Below are positions 12,600 to 23,300 of a stretch of 64,000 nucleotides of DNA, in pieces. A model generated the notes under the pieces. It worked only from the letters and a program-made list of their open reading frames with translations. It was not told the origin of the DNA and did no database searches. The translations under genes were made by a program, and so were the position numbers. Each line of letters begins with the position of its first letter. Position 1 is the stretch's first letter. The stretch spans positions 1,052,729 through 1,116,728 of the forward strand of contig WELB01000009.1 of assembly GCA_009602725.1 (NCBI GenBank). The letters run 5' to 3'. The DNA comes from Spirogloea muscicola. Taxonomy: Eukaryota.

Positions 12600-14357
12600 C
12601 TACGCCTTCTGCAAGCACAGTCACGGCAACACTCAACCTGGTGGAGTCACTACTCGAGCCCTTCTCCTTCCATCACGTCGCGTCATGATATTATGTGACA
12701 TACAGCCAAGCTGCATTGCCGAACTCCTTGCACTTTGGGGGTTGGCCAGAAGGGGCGCGGCGCAAGTACTTGGATGGGCAGGTAGAGCTTGAACTCGGGG
12801 GGTAGCTCGTCCTCCGCATACAGCCGGTCTGAGAAGTAGATACGGCGGATGCGGCAGTTGGCGTGCACCTGCACCCGCAGCGTCTCCACATAGTTGGTTC
12901 CATAGGCCCGCTTGGTGAAGTCTGCCAGGTTGAACTGGACAAGAGCCACATCAACAAGCAAAAGGCGTCAATGAAATACTTTAGTGCCATCAGCAGCCAA
13001 AAGCCTCACATCCTTGAAGGATTGGATGCCTCACATGGCAAGCACTGGCTCTGCTAATTGGAGATGAAGTACATCATGGGTCTGAGCTTAGTCAATTCAC
13101 ACCAATGTCTCGGGCTTCTAAAATTGGCATTCAGCACATCAGGACAACTGCGGGGCACGCTGCTGGTGCCTCAAGACAACTGTTGTCATTGAAAGCCTTG
13201 CTAGGAACATAAAGACATATTTCCACACAGAGCCTAGCTGATATTCTGTGGACGCTAGCAATGGTTGGCTGCGACCTGAATCTGGTTCCAGCCATCGTCG
13301 AGCAGCAGTGGCATGGTGCAGATGTACGGCTTCACTCTCGTAAGTGACTGCAGCCCTCGTGCATGGAACATGCATGGATGTGTCAGAGTTCCCGCAGACT
13401 GCAAACCCAACACTGTGAAGCAGTATGTCTTCATGCAGCTGCTCAGGTTGTGTCTGTAATAGATAAGGAATCAGGATAATTGAGTCTCAAGCTTCTGGAG
13501 GTTGTACATGAGAATCCTGAGGGCTCAATTTCAGGTGAGGCTCAGTATTGCGTTACCAGTATCATAGCGGCAAGCAGGGGCGAGGCGTGGGGGAACCTGG
13601 AAGTTGGATGCTCGGAAGCGGCGGCGGACGTTCTTGTCGTCCAGGACGTGGACCTCGAAGGAGAAGAGGCGACCCGCGAGGGGCTTGACGAGCAGCACGA
13701 GGAGCGGGAGCTTGATGCCGAGCGTGGCGGCGGGGTCGGCGGGGCACGTCACGAAGTTGGCGGCCACATTGGCGCCCTCCACCTCCAGCACCGACGACTG
13801 GATGTCGGGGTCGGCGACCCGCCGCACGCCGCCGCCGTCCTTCTCTGCACAGGCAGCGCCAAGGCAAGCTTAAACCAAGCAAAGCAAGCTAAGCCAAGCT
13901 ACCCCAAGCTAAACCCAAGCTAACCACGAAACCCCTAAAAGCCATTAAGCCCTTAACCCGAACCCTCGGCCTGAGGGCCAGAGGATCACACGCCGATAGA
14001 GGCTACTGCCCTTTGGCCGCAGAGCGCCTACAGGAGCCGGCTGGCAGCAACAGCAGCAGATAGCTTTGGGTTTAAGGTTCAAGATTTAAGGTTTAATGTT
14101 TAAGGATTAAGGTTTAAGGTTTAAGGTTTCAGGCTTAGGGTTTAAGGTTTGGGGCTTAAGGTTTAAGTTGTTAGGGTTGAGCTTAGGGCTTGGAGTTAAA
14201 GTTAAGGGTTTTTCTTGCGGGTGCACCTTGCTTGTCCCAGATCTGCAGCGGCTTGCTCCTGCCGCCAAGGCCAGCCGCGCAGCGAGCCGGGCGGCGATCA
14301 GCCCGAAAGCAAGCCGGCAAGCACACCCGCAGCGGCGGCGTGCTGGCTACGGCGGCA

Positions 14358-14394
<37 letters not shown>

Positions 14395-14455
14395 GGCCTT
14401 ACCCGAGGCTGTACAGGATCGACAGGAACCCTGACTGGAATGTGTTCTTGAACAT
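12600..14455 (-). CDS. CFAP20: Cilia- and flagella-associated protein 20 / BUG22 (DUF667)
   Basis: Six exons: [28 protein letters not shown]|..[41 protein letters not shown]|..[68 protein letters not shown]. Confidence 0.96.
14065..14212 (+). repeat. Degenerate telomere-like (TTTAAGG/TTAGGG)n tract in a CFAP20 intron
   Basis: Repeated tttaagg/ttaggg units of about 7 nt, e.g. ggattaaggtttaaggtttaaggtttcaggcttagggtttaagg. Confidence 0.75.
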
Positions 14456-14699
14456 GGCCGGCGGCAGCGGCGGCGGCGAGTCAAGGTGTTGCGACGGCAG
14501 CGGCGGCGGCGGCGGCGGCGGCGACGGAGCAGCGGCGACTGCGGCGGCAAATGCGACGGCGGTGGCGGCGGCGGCGGCGGCTTCACAGGAGGCTCTGCGG
14601 CGAGCCAGGCGGGGGCCCGGCGGGGGCGACCAGTATCTGGTTGAACTCCGGCCGCGACGTCTGCGCCGCCACCACCGCCGGCAGCGCCGCATCAGAGCC

Positions 14700-14733
<34 letters not shown>

Positions 14734-15071
14734 CCGTCGTCGTGGGAAGTGACGGCGACCTGAGGTAGCCCAGTGCGAGCAAAGCTGCGGCTACTGATGA
14801 TTTGAAGGAGCGGCTGACTAAACGGTGGCCTTGGACGGTGCCCCCGTTGACGGCGTGGGGCCACGTGGGTGGCGGTTGTTGAGCTGGGCTATTCGTTAGT
14901 GCCGTATTAGGACTAACTGAATGCCCAGGACCCAGAGTCTCACCATCACTCGGTTGGGGCTCAGGCCGTGAAGAAGCTTGAGGCTCAGGCGATGAGGACG
15001 CGGTGCTCTTGAATGGAGCGCCGCGCTCCTTCCTCGCCTTCTTGCCCACGGCAAAGACAGCCTTCTTGCCC

Positions 15072-16172
15072 ATGGCGGTGATGGCGGCAGGGTCCGGCAG
15101 GAAGCAGGCCGGCAGCAGCTCAAGGCAGGTGGCGTGGGCGCTGGCAAGCAAGGAGGAGCGGTGGGCAAAAGGAGGACGGTGGCTCCTGTTAGAGTGAGCA
15201 AGCTTGAGCTCACTCNCCCGGCCGCCGCCGCCGCCACCGCCGCCGCCGCCGCTGCCGTTGCCGCCGACACCGCCGCCACCGCCGCCGCCGCCGCAGAAGG
15301 CGTGGGAGGCGGCGCAGGCGCCGTTCAAGAACCTGTTTGCGATGGGGTTCATGATGTGGATGGCCGGCAACACGCTGCACATCTTCTCCATCGGCATCGT
15401 CGCCTCCGCGCTCTGGCAGCCCCTCTCCGCCCTCCGCGCCGTCGCCAAGGGTCCGCAGCCGCCGCCACCGCCGCCACCGCCGCCCTTGCCCAACCCCTGC
15501 GTCCTGACCCAAAACCGATTTCAGTCTTTGACGTTAACCCGGCCATTAAGACGTACCCGAAAGCCAGCGCCGTTCTGTCCAAGTCAGGTGTCGAACCCTG
15601 AGTCTTTACTCAGCCTGTGCCCTTTGTGCCGCAGTCTTTGAGCCCTTCAAGGACCCCCGCACCGACACGACGCTGCCCACGCTGCTGTACGTCGCGCTGC
15701 ACCTCGTCGGCCTCGGCCTCGGCCTCTACAAGGTCCGCTCCGCACTACGCTCCACGTTAGCGTGCATTAAGCCACTACCCATTTGCATCTTTGAGGCGCA
15801 AATGCTGTGGTCTGTCCCGCGGCCTGACTTGCGCCGCGAGCACGCCCACCTCCAGCTACATGCACTTGGGCTGCTCCCGACGCATGCCTCGGACTGGATC
15901 TCGACGCTGCCACCTCCCCACGTGAGTCTCGCTTTACTTGTTCCTGATGCATAATCCGTAAAATTCAGATACTCCCAGACCCCAAAATGGAGTCCACCAC
16001 GCCCAACTTTCTCATGGTATGCTCTCTAATGTCTGAGCCCTGTTGCTGCTGAGCCCAACTCGCCGCTGCTTGCCAGCAGCAGCGAGAGGCTGTGCAGTAT
16101 ACGGCTGCGCTCTTGTACGGCGGCCTTCAAGCCCGTAGAAGTTGTCAACACCCAATGGTCACCTCAGATTAA
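15072..16172 (+). CDS. EMC4: ER membrane protein complex subunit 4 (DUF1077/TMEM85)
   Basis: KAWEAAQAPFKNLFAMGFMMWMAGNTLHIFSIGIVASALWQPLSAL..|VFEPFKD..LPTLLYVALHLVGLGLGLYK|LHALGLLPTHASDWISTLPPP. The start (15072) and last exon are approximate, and there is an 'n' near 15216. Confidence 0.9.
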
Positions 16173-17309
16173 CAAGCTCCTCTGCAATGCATGCTGATGC
16201 GCCGCTTCTTGGACTGCCGCCAGGCGTGCGAGTTCTCCGCTGGCGGTTTGCCCCTGACCTGAATCACTTCGACTGGGTTGGGGTTGACGACTTAGAGGTG
16301 GCGACCACCTCCATTTGCAGCTTGGAGCGAAGTAGCAGCAAAGGGCAACCCCAAGTGTACAGATCCACATCAACGTGAACTTTGACATATCAGAATCAGC
16401 AAGTAACAGGTCTCGGGGTGATTCAGACCTGATTGGAGACTGGTGCTTTTAACAGAGGGCGTGATTGTTAATATTACTCGGGGGCCAGGCTTATGCAGAT
16501 TATTTGCTAAGGCAGATGAAGGCGCTGCTTGGCACATGGTCAATAGCAATCTGGCACAGAATATAGAGGATCATTAGGCACAACCGAAGTGCTCAGGTTT
16601 GAGCCGTGTGCTGAAGTCAAGTTCCTGAATGCTGGTCGCTCTACTCAAGGGTCAAGAACTTGTTCTGCACCCTGAACTCCTAGTCCTACAACTTCTTGTC
16701 AGCACACATAAAAGAAGAGCCCGAATTGTCATGCACGGGTGTGTGCATGGGTTCCCGTCAACTTCGCAAGCCATCTGGGGCCTTTGGCACGCCAGCAATC
16801 ATCACACTGCAACTGCACTGAGCCACCCTTGAGGAGGTTGCATGCCACTGGTGCTCTTCTTGCCACTTGACGTTTTGCTCCTTGCATCCACAGCAAAGTA
16901 GGGACTGTACAGTGCGAAGATCTCTGTTGGTGGGCATGTTATCAGCTGTTGGGCAAGCAAGTGGCCCAGGATGGATTTGTGCTGAAGTACGGAGCACTGG
17001 AGAAGCACCGGCTGCATTGGTCAGTGCTACTCAGCAACCTCCATTGGTAGACTGCGATTTGCTTAGGGGTTTGGATTTGAGTCCTTGTGATCCCTACTCC
17101 GGTGCCTTCTGGAGGCAGTTCATCCTGAAACCGGATGAACGCCTCAAACAGTGTCGCACACATAAAACAATGTGATTATGACTAAGTGGAGACATGGTTG
17201 GGCAGTACAAGTGCCAGTCACAGAGATGTCTCGCGGCACAAAATTCCGAATATGTTACAGTTTTCGAGAGCAGTCAAGCATGGCCGCACAGCACTGCGGC
17301 CACGGCCGA

Positions 17310-20300
17310 TCACCGGCCCAAGCCTTGGGGCGTCCATGGCCGCCCGCTCGGCACGGGGTGGCCGCTCCCAGAGTCGTGGGCGCTCCACGGCGCAGAGGAG
17401 CCATTGAAGGTGCTGTGGCCACCATCATGGGCCGACCAGGTGGACTGCTCAGGAGGCGGCATACCACCCCAGTAGCCCGGCGGGGGGCCACTGGCGGTCG
17501 GCAGCGGGCCGTGCCAGCCGCCGGGAGCTGCCGGCGGGCCACTCATGGGCACCATGGCGGCTGCGGCACGCCGTGCCGCCGGCGGTGCCTCCGGCGGCGG
17601 CTCCATGAAGTGCTTCTGGAAGTACTTGACCAGCCGGTCTGGGCTTGTGAAGTCGTGCTTGCGGAACCGGAAACCCTGCGCCAGTCCACAAGCACTAGGA
17701 CTATTTGTCAAACACTTTGGCCTTCTAACCTTAACGTGGAGAAGAGTGAATACCTTGGCCTTCTAACCTTAATTTGGAGTAGAGGAAATCCAGTACAAGG
17801 TCACTCAAAGTCGAACAGATTAGGCCACCCAGAACCAAAGGTTATGCAAGAGCGTAATCGAGTGCAGGGTCAGACAGAGTGTGGCTAGCAGATCCCAAAC
17901 ATTAGTGGAACCTGGGACATGCATTTGCTGCCTGTCAACTTTGGGTCTCTTCACTATGCTGCTATTTTGCAGTAGTGTCTCACCTTGGAGGACACAGAGA
18001 TGTACTCGTGGACGGGGCTGTGCATCCGGATGTAGGAGAGCACGAATGCGCCGGGGTGCTTGTGCGAGACCGAGACGTAGTATGGGATGCGGCCAGGGTT
18101 CTCGCGCTTCTCCTTGATCAGCAGGCGGTCCACCTCATCCTGCGGGCCCTCCCAGAACTTGCGATAGCCCAGCATCTCTTTCAGATGCCCCACAAGCGGC
18201 TCTATGTACCTGGCCTCGACCTGCACAGTAAGATATTGCATTGAAGTCAACCATCAGGTATGAACTTTGGAATGACACGAATATGGGGTGTATATGCACC
18301 GAGTATAGATATATAGAATTTTGCATGTTGAAACAGTTTGGCCCTCAAGTACAGATAACTTTCTCAAGTGTTGCTTGCATCGCTCTGCCTGATTCCTACC
18401 AGGGCTGCCCAGGTGCCATGGTACATAGCAACTACAGAGGAGGAAAGGACACGCTCAAGTCAATATCTTGACAGGATTTATGTCAGTGTATGCTGTGACG
18501 ACATCCCCCAAATGACCGTTGCCCTTGGTACGAAAGATTAAAGCTCACCTCGTCAATGTCCTCAAAGTTCTCCCCACCAATTGTCAAGGTCTTGCCAATG
18601 CGCAGGAACGACGTCGCATCCCTCTTGTCCTTGCCACCCTCCTCGATGTCAATGTGCGTGTACACGCCTTTCGCAAACTTCAAAGTCAAGGAGAGGTGGT
18701 CTGGCCCTTTGCTACTTGGGCGCAAAATGACAGTCCCCACCTCCTTATCTTCGAGTTGCTGCAAGCACATGCCAACACATGAAATTTGCGAGTGAGCTCC
18801 AGGCTTATGTGCAGCTTCTGTGACTTCGAGAAATACTTCGATACCCACAAAGGCGATGGTGATCAATCCACTTCAAAATATTTGTCATTACTGCTCTTCT
18901 CGCAGTGGATAATGACTTGCTACCCATCAAAGCGGTAGTGCTTGCATGCGTAAGGAAAGCCAAAGAGCCCTGGATGCTTCTCGTGCCATAGACTCTGGGA
19001 CTCTGTAGCTGCCACTACATGTTGCAGAGTACTGCTGCGCATCCTTTTCATTCCATTATACCAATATTTTCGAAATATACATTGTGCCAAATGTTATGGA
19101 GTCTCAAGAAGCGAAGAGGGTGACAGCACAGCTTGAGGTGCACTCTGGGACATGTCTCACCTGCATAGCTTCAGGCAGCGAGACATTCTGGAAGAGGGGG
19201 TGCACAATCATGCGCGGACGGAAGGCACGCCGCCGCTCCATCTCGGCCTTTCTCTTCAGACGCTCCTCCTCGATAAGCGCCACGCTCTCGTCCCGCCGGA
19301 AATACTTGTCCTTGGGCATGGCCTGATTCCAATTCTCACTGCGGAGCTCACTCCCCCGGCATGTCAAGGTGACCTGCCATGCAGCAAAGAGCAAAATTCA
19401 ATGAAACACTCAATACGGCTAGCAACGAGTCATAACCGTGACAGCATGGTATGCATCTGTGCTTGAATACTTTAAATATCAAGTACAAGAACAAAGCTTT
19501 GTTTCTGCATGTCAGGCTGACCTGGTACTGTGAAGGCAACACTTTCTGGATCCTCCCTGTAATGACAGCGCCTTCAGAAACTCTGTCCGAGATGTCAGCG
19601 TCTCTGTCATCAGTCAAGTCCTCCTTGTGAACTACAGCCAGAAGTCCCGACTCCAGGGTGCACAGGATCCGATTCTGCTGCACCTTCTTGACCTTTGCCT
19701 GCATCGCAGGTGCTGATCAACATTTGAGTTAAACAAGACAAAGTAATTTGAGCTATACATTGCAGTCCAGTATTACAATAATGCACAAATAATGAGCACT
19801 TCACAGACAAGCGTGTAAGTCTGTTAGCGCTGTCAAAAGATCATAAGTGAATCGATGGTTTAGGCACCTGTACTACTCTGCCTTGAGCCAGGCTGGTTGG
19901 CGTCTCTCCACTGAGGAGATAGAACTCCTCGTCCATTGTGGGGACCTTGTAAGGCAACCTCCACTCCCGGTAGCCCTTGACCAACTCGCCCTTGATGTCC
20001 AGCAAAGTATCGAGGTCGACCTCTTTCTGCAAAACCCAGTAATTTCTGACATTGTCACAAACAACAAGTTGGGGATTGAAGTGGGATAGTGCTGCAGAGC
20101 CAGACCAGCTTCTCTTCACATCCCTTGAAGCCTATACTTACTTTCGGAGATGAACGAGAAATCTAGATACGGTGCGCATGGACACAAGGTGCGCAAAGCT
20201 AAGCAGTCAATAAAGGAAAATCATCAACCAATCTAAGCTACACTGTCTGTTTTACTAGGTCCACATGCTCCAAGTCAAGCTTGGGAGCGTACCTCCAGGC

Positions 20301-23300
20301 GCTTCACGTAGTCCTCTACCTCAAGGCGAGCCATGGCATCCGGATGTTCCCTCACCCACTCCACGCACAGCTCCAGTGTGTCCTGGTCCACATCCTCCCT
20401 CTTCTCGCCAACGGCTGAGCAGTACACGGCCTCAGCCATGGCCTTGGCGTCCTCGTATGACACCTGTTGGGCATCTCAAGCAGGTGCTCATTTGGACATA
20501 TACTTGATGGTGCAATGCAGCCATAGAATTTGTGGCAGTGACCGCACCTTCCCTGTATACTAAGATCTGAACCTTTTTGGCCAAATCTCTCTCGAATCTT
20601 TCATTCTTTTCCTCCAACAAACCCTAAGAGCTTGAAACAACTTCGATCATAGCAATTAATTGCAGCATTGCAAAGTGGCGTACTTCTTTGATGTCAGGTG
20701 ATGAAGAACAAAGGCACGGGTGTACTCACAGGATGGATGCGGGTGTCATCCAGTGGCTCGAATGTGATGTCAGCCGAGGCCGCGGAGCCAGACGCCCGGA
20801 CGCGCATCGCCCCGGCAGCATTGATGAAGACAAAGCGCTGCATCAGGGCCAAGGAGTCCAGGAGCTCCATGCGAGTCGCTATTTTCCCAGCTCCTTTGAT
20901 TACCCTCTGTGAGCATGAAGACAAAAGTAAGCAGCTTGAGGACAGGCCAATGATCCTGCGGTAATTAGGCAGGCCCCTATTGCTAGTCCATAAGAAAGAC
21001 GACCAAAGAGAGCTCAAAGAAGGTACACACCGTAGTGAAATCAGTCTTAAGAAGCTCTTGCTTGTACACCTCACAAGTCTTTGTTGGTGCTTTCTATTAA
21101 AGGCTAAGTGCTGACCAAACGAGGGTTCTCCTTTCCCAGTAACTTGACAGCCATCTCTTAACGGCTTGCTCAGATAATCAAGCACTTGCCTGAATGTGCA
21201 TGGCCTTTCTGGGACCAAGACCAGCAACGAATTGGAGAGGCGAGAACAGCCAGTCATGCGTGGCAGCGGCGTTGAGGTCAATTCCCACTTGACTGGAGAT
21301 GGTGACCATGACTCTTTCCACCATCTCATAGACCTCGTCCCTGTTCAGCAGATCCTGTTGCATGCCATGCGACTTGGGCTAGTAAATTATGCAGGTGCAG
21401 AAGTACACCATAGAATCTCATGCAACTCAGAAAAAAGCTGCCAAAATGGCTGCACTGCATCCATGATGCTGACGAGCAACCAGCTAATGTGCTAAATCTT
21501 GGTGCTGTATAAGCTGTAAAAAGTGACTTCAAAGAGTCATACGACACCTAAATGAATGTGATCCATGTCTCAACCACTGGCCACCATTTGCATTTATCAC
21601 TGTCAATAATCTGTGGTGCTGTACACTCATAACCAAGAACCTACACATGTGAAGCTGCAAGTTCAGCTGCAGATGGTTTTAGCTTGCCTGAAGAGGATGA
21701 AGCTTGGCGGAGAGAATCTCTCGCTCAGGCCCGCAGAGCGAAGCCACCATGGCTAGCGGGTTCTGAATGTAGCGCCCCAAGGCCACGGCCCTCCGAACAA
21801 TACCTGAAAGCAATAAGTCATGCCAACGCTCAGTGCAAAACCTCAGAATTGATTGCCGCCTTCATGGTTGCCCGACAGCGCTTGCGTACATCAAGGTCAA
21901 ATTCCACATAATCATATACACATCAAGGGACCGTCAAGCTCCCAAGCAGCTCGACTACGGCGCTCTATCCGGTGCCATACCTGGCTGGCCAGGAAGCTGG
22001 TCCTGCGAGATGGGCGAGCGCTCATAGAGCTGGGCAAGCGTCTCCTCCACGAAGAAGCAGTCGAGTGCCGCGACCTCGTCGGACAGGAACTTGGGCTCGT
22101 CCTCGACAATCTTGAAGATGATGGCGTAGATGTCGTCCTTGAGCCGCTTGCACTGCAGGTTGGCGCCCCCCAGCGCGACGACGTGCGGCTGGTTCTCGGC
22201 GAGGAACGTCAGCAGCCGCTCCCGGTCGCCGTCCTTGCGCCGCTGGTGCTCCTCGCCACCGCCGCCCATGCTGAGGTACCCAGCGTGCAGCATGTCCACG
22301 AGGTCGCCGGCGGCATTGAGCATCACGAACGTCGTTGCCGGGTTGCCGGGTCCCCAGCAGCACGCCGCCACCCGCATGGCCAGATCCTCCTCCGGCGGCT
22401 CTGGGTCGCGCTCGCGCTCGCGCTCGCGGTTGAGCTCGCGGTCCCACCCGTGGTCGCGCTCCTCGTCCCGGTCCCTCAGGTCGCCGCCTCGGCTCAGCCC
22501 TGCCCTTGCATCGTACGGCGCCCTCGCCGCAACGTCCCACAGCACCTGCGCGTACTTCTCCAGCACGTGCTGCTTTGCTCGGCTGGCAAGCGCCTGTAAC
22601 GCCAACATGAGAAGGAGCAGCTCCATCATGTCAAATCCAGGATGGCTCACAACAATCAACAGTCCACGCCAGTGTGAAATGAGGTCCGGGACCTTCAGCT
22701 TGAGGATTGAAAGTAAGCCATGTGACGTGAGGTATGAGACCTTCTGCTTGCATAATTAGAGTAAGCAGCGAGGCAGACAGCTAACTCCAAGCTGTTACTC
22801 ATAGCACATGCATATTAGACACCTTAACTCAGGCTGTACAACGGCATCAGAAAGTAAAGAGTCTTGCCTGGCGGGCCTCTCGCTCCATGACAGGGATCAA
22901 GATCGAGACCACGGCCTCGCGCAACATCAGCTCGCGTTCCTGATTCCAGCGGCGTGCCGTGGAGCTCACGGCGTCGCTGAGGTACAGGTTCTCAAGCTCC
23001 TTCAGGAGGCTCTTCTGCTCAGACGGCAGCATCCCAACACTCATGTCGAGCAGGCCCTCGTCCTGCCCTTTCTGTAGGAGCAGCCACTGATCATCGTGGT
23101 CAAACTCGCGCAGCGGCTTGTTTTCCAGCCACTTGAACGGGCCGTATGAGTGGAAGGCGTCAATGGCGGACTGGCCGGCGGCTGTCGGCTTCGCGTTGAC
23201 CACCGCCGCGGCACCGAAGCGTGAACGCACAAACTCCCGCACGGCAACCTCTGATGCAATTTCCACTGCAGCCTGTATTTGAAGACCCCATTCCAGTGCA

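Noticed and set aside
16180..17300. Short ORFs between EMC4 and SPT6 as a separate gene
   Set aside because: No recognisable domain and no convincing exon chain; probably UTR or intergenic sequence.
20571..20623. Possible extra SPT6 exon (GLLEEKNERFERDLAKK) with AG/GT ends
   Set aside because: The flanking exons already join as the conserved RIHP|VSYE, and inclusion would interrupt that motif. No support without RNA data.
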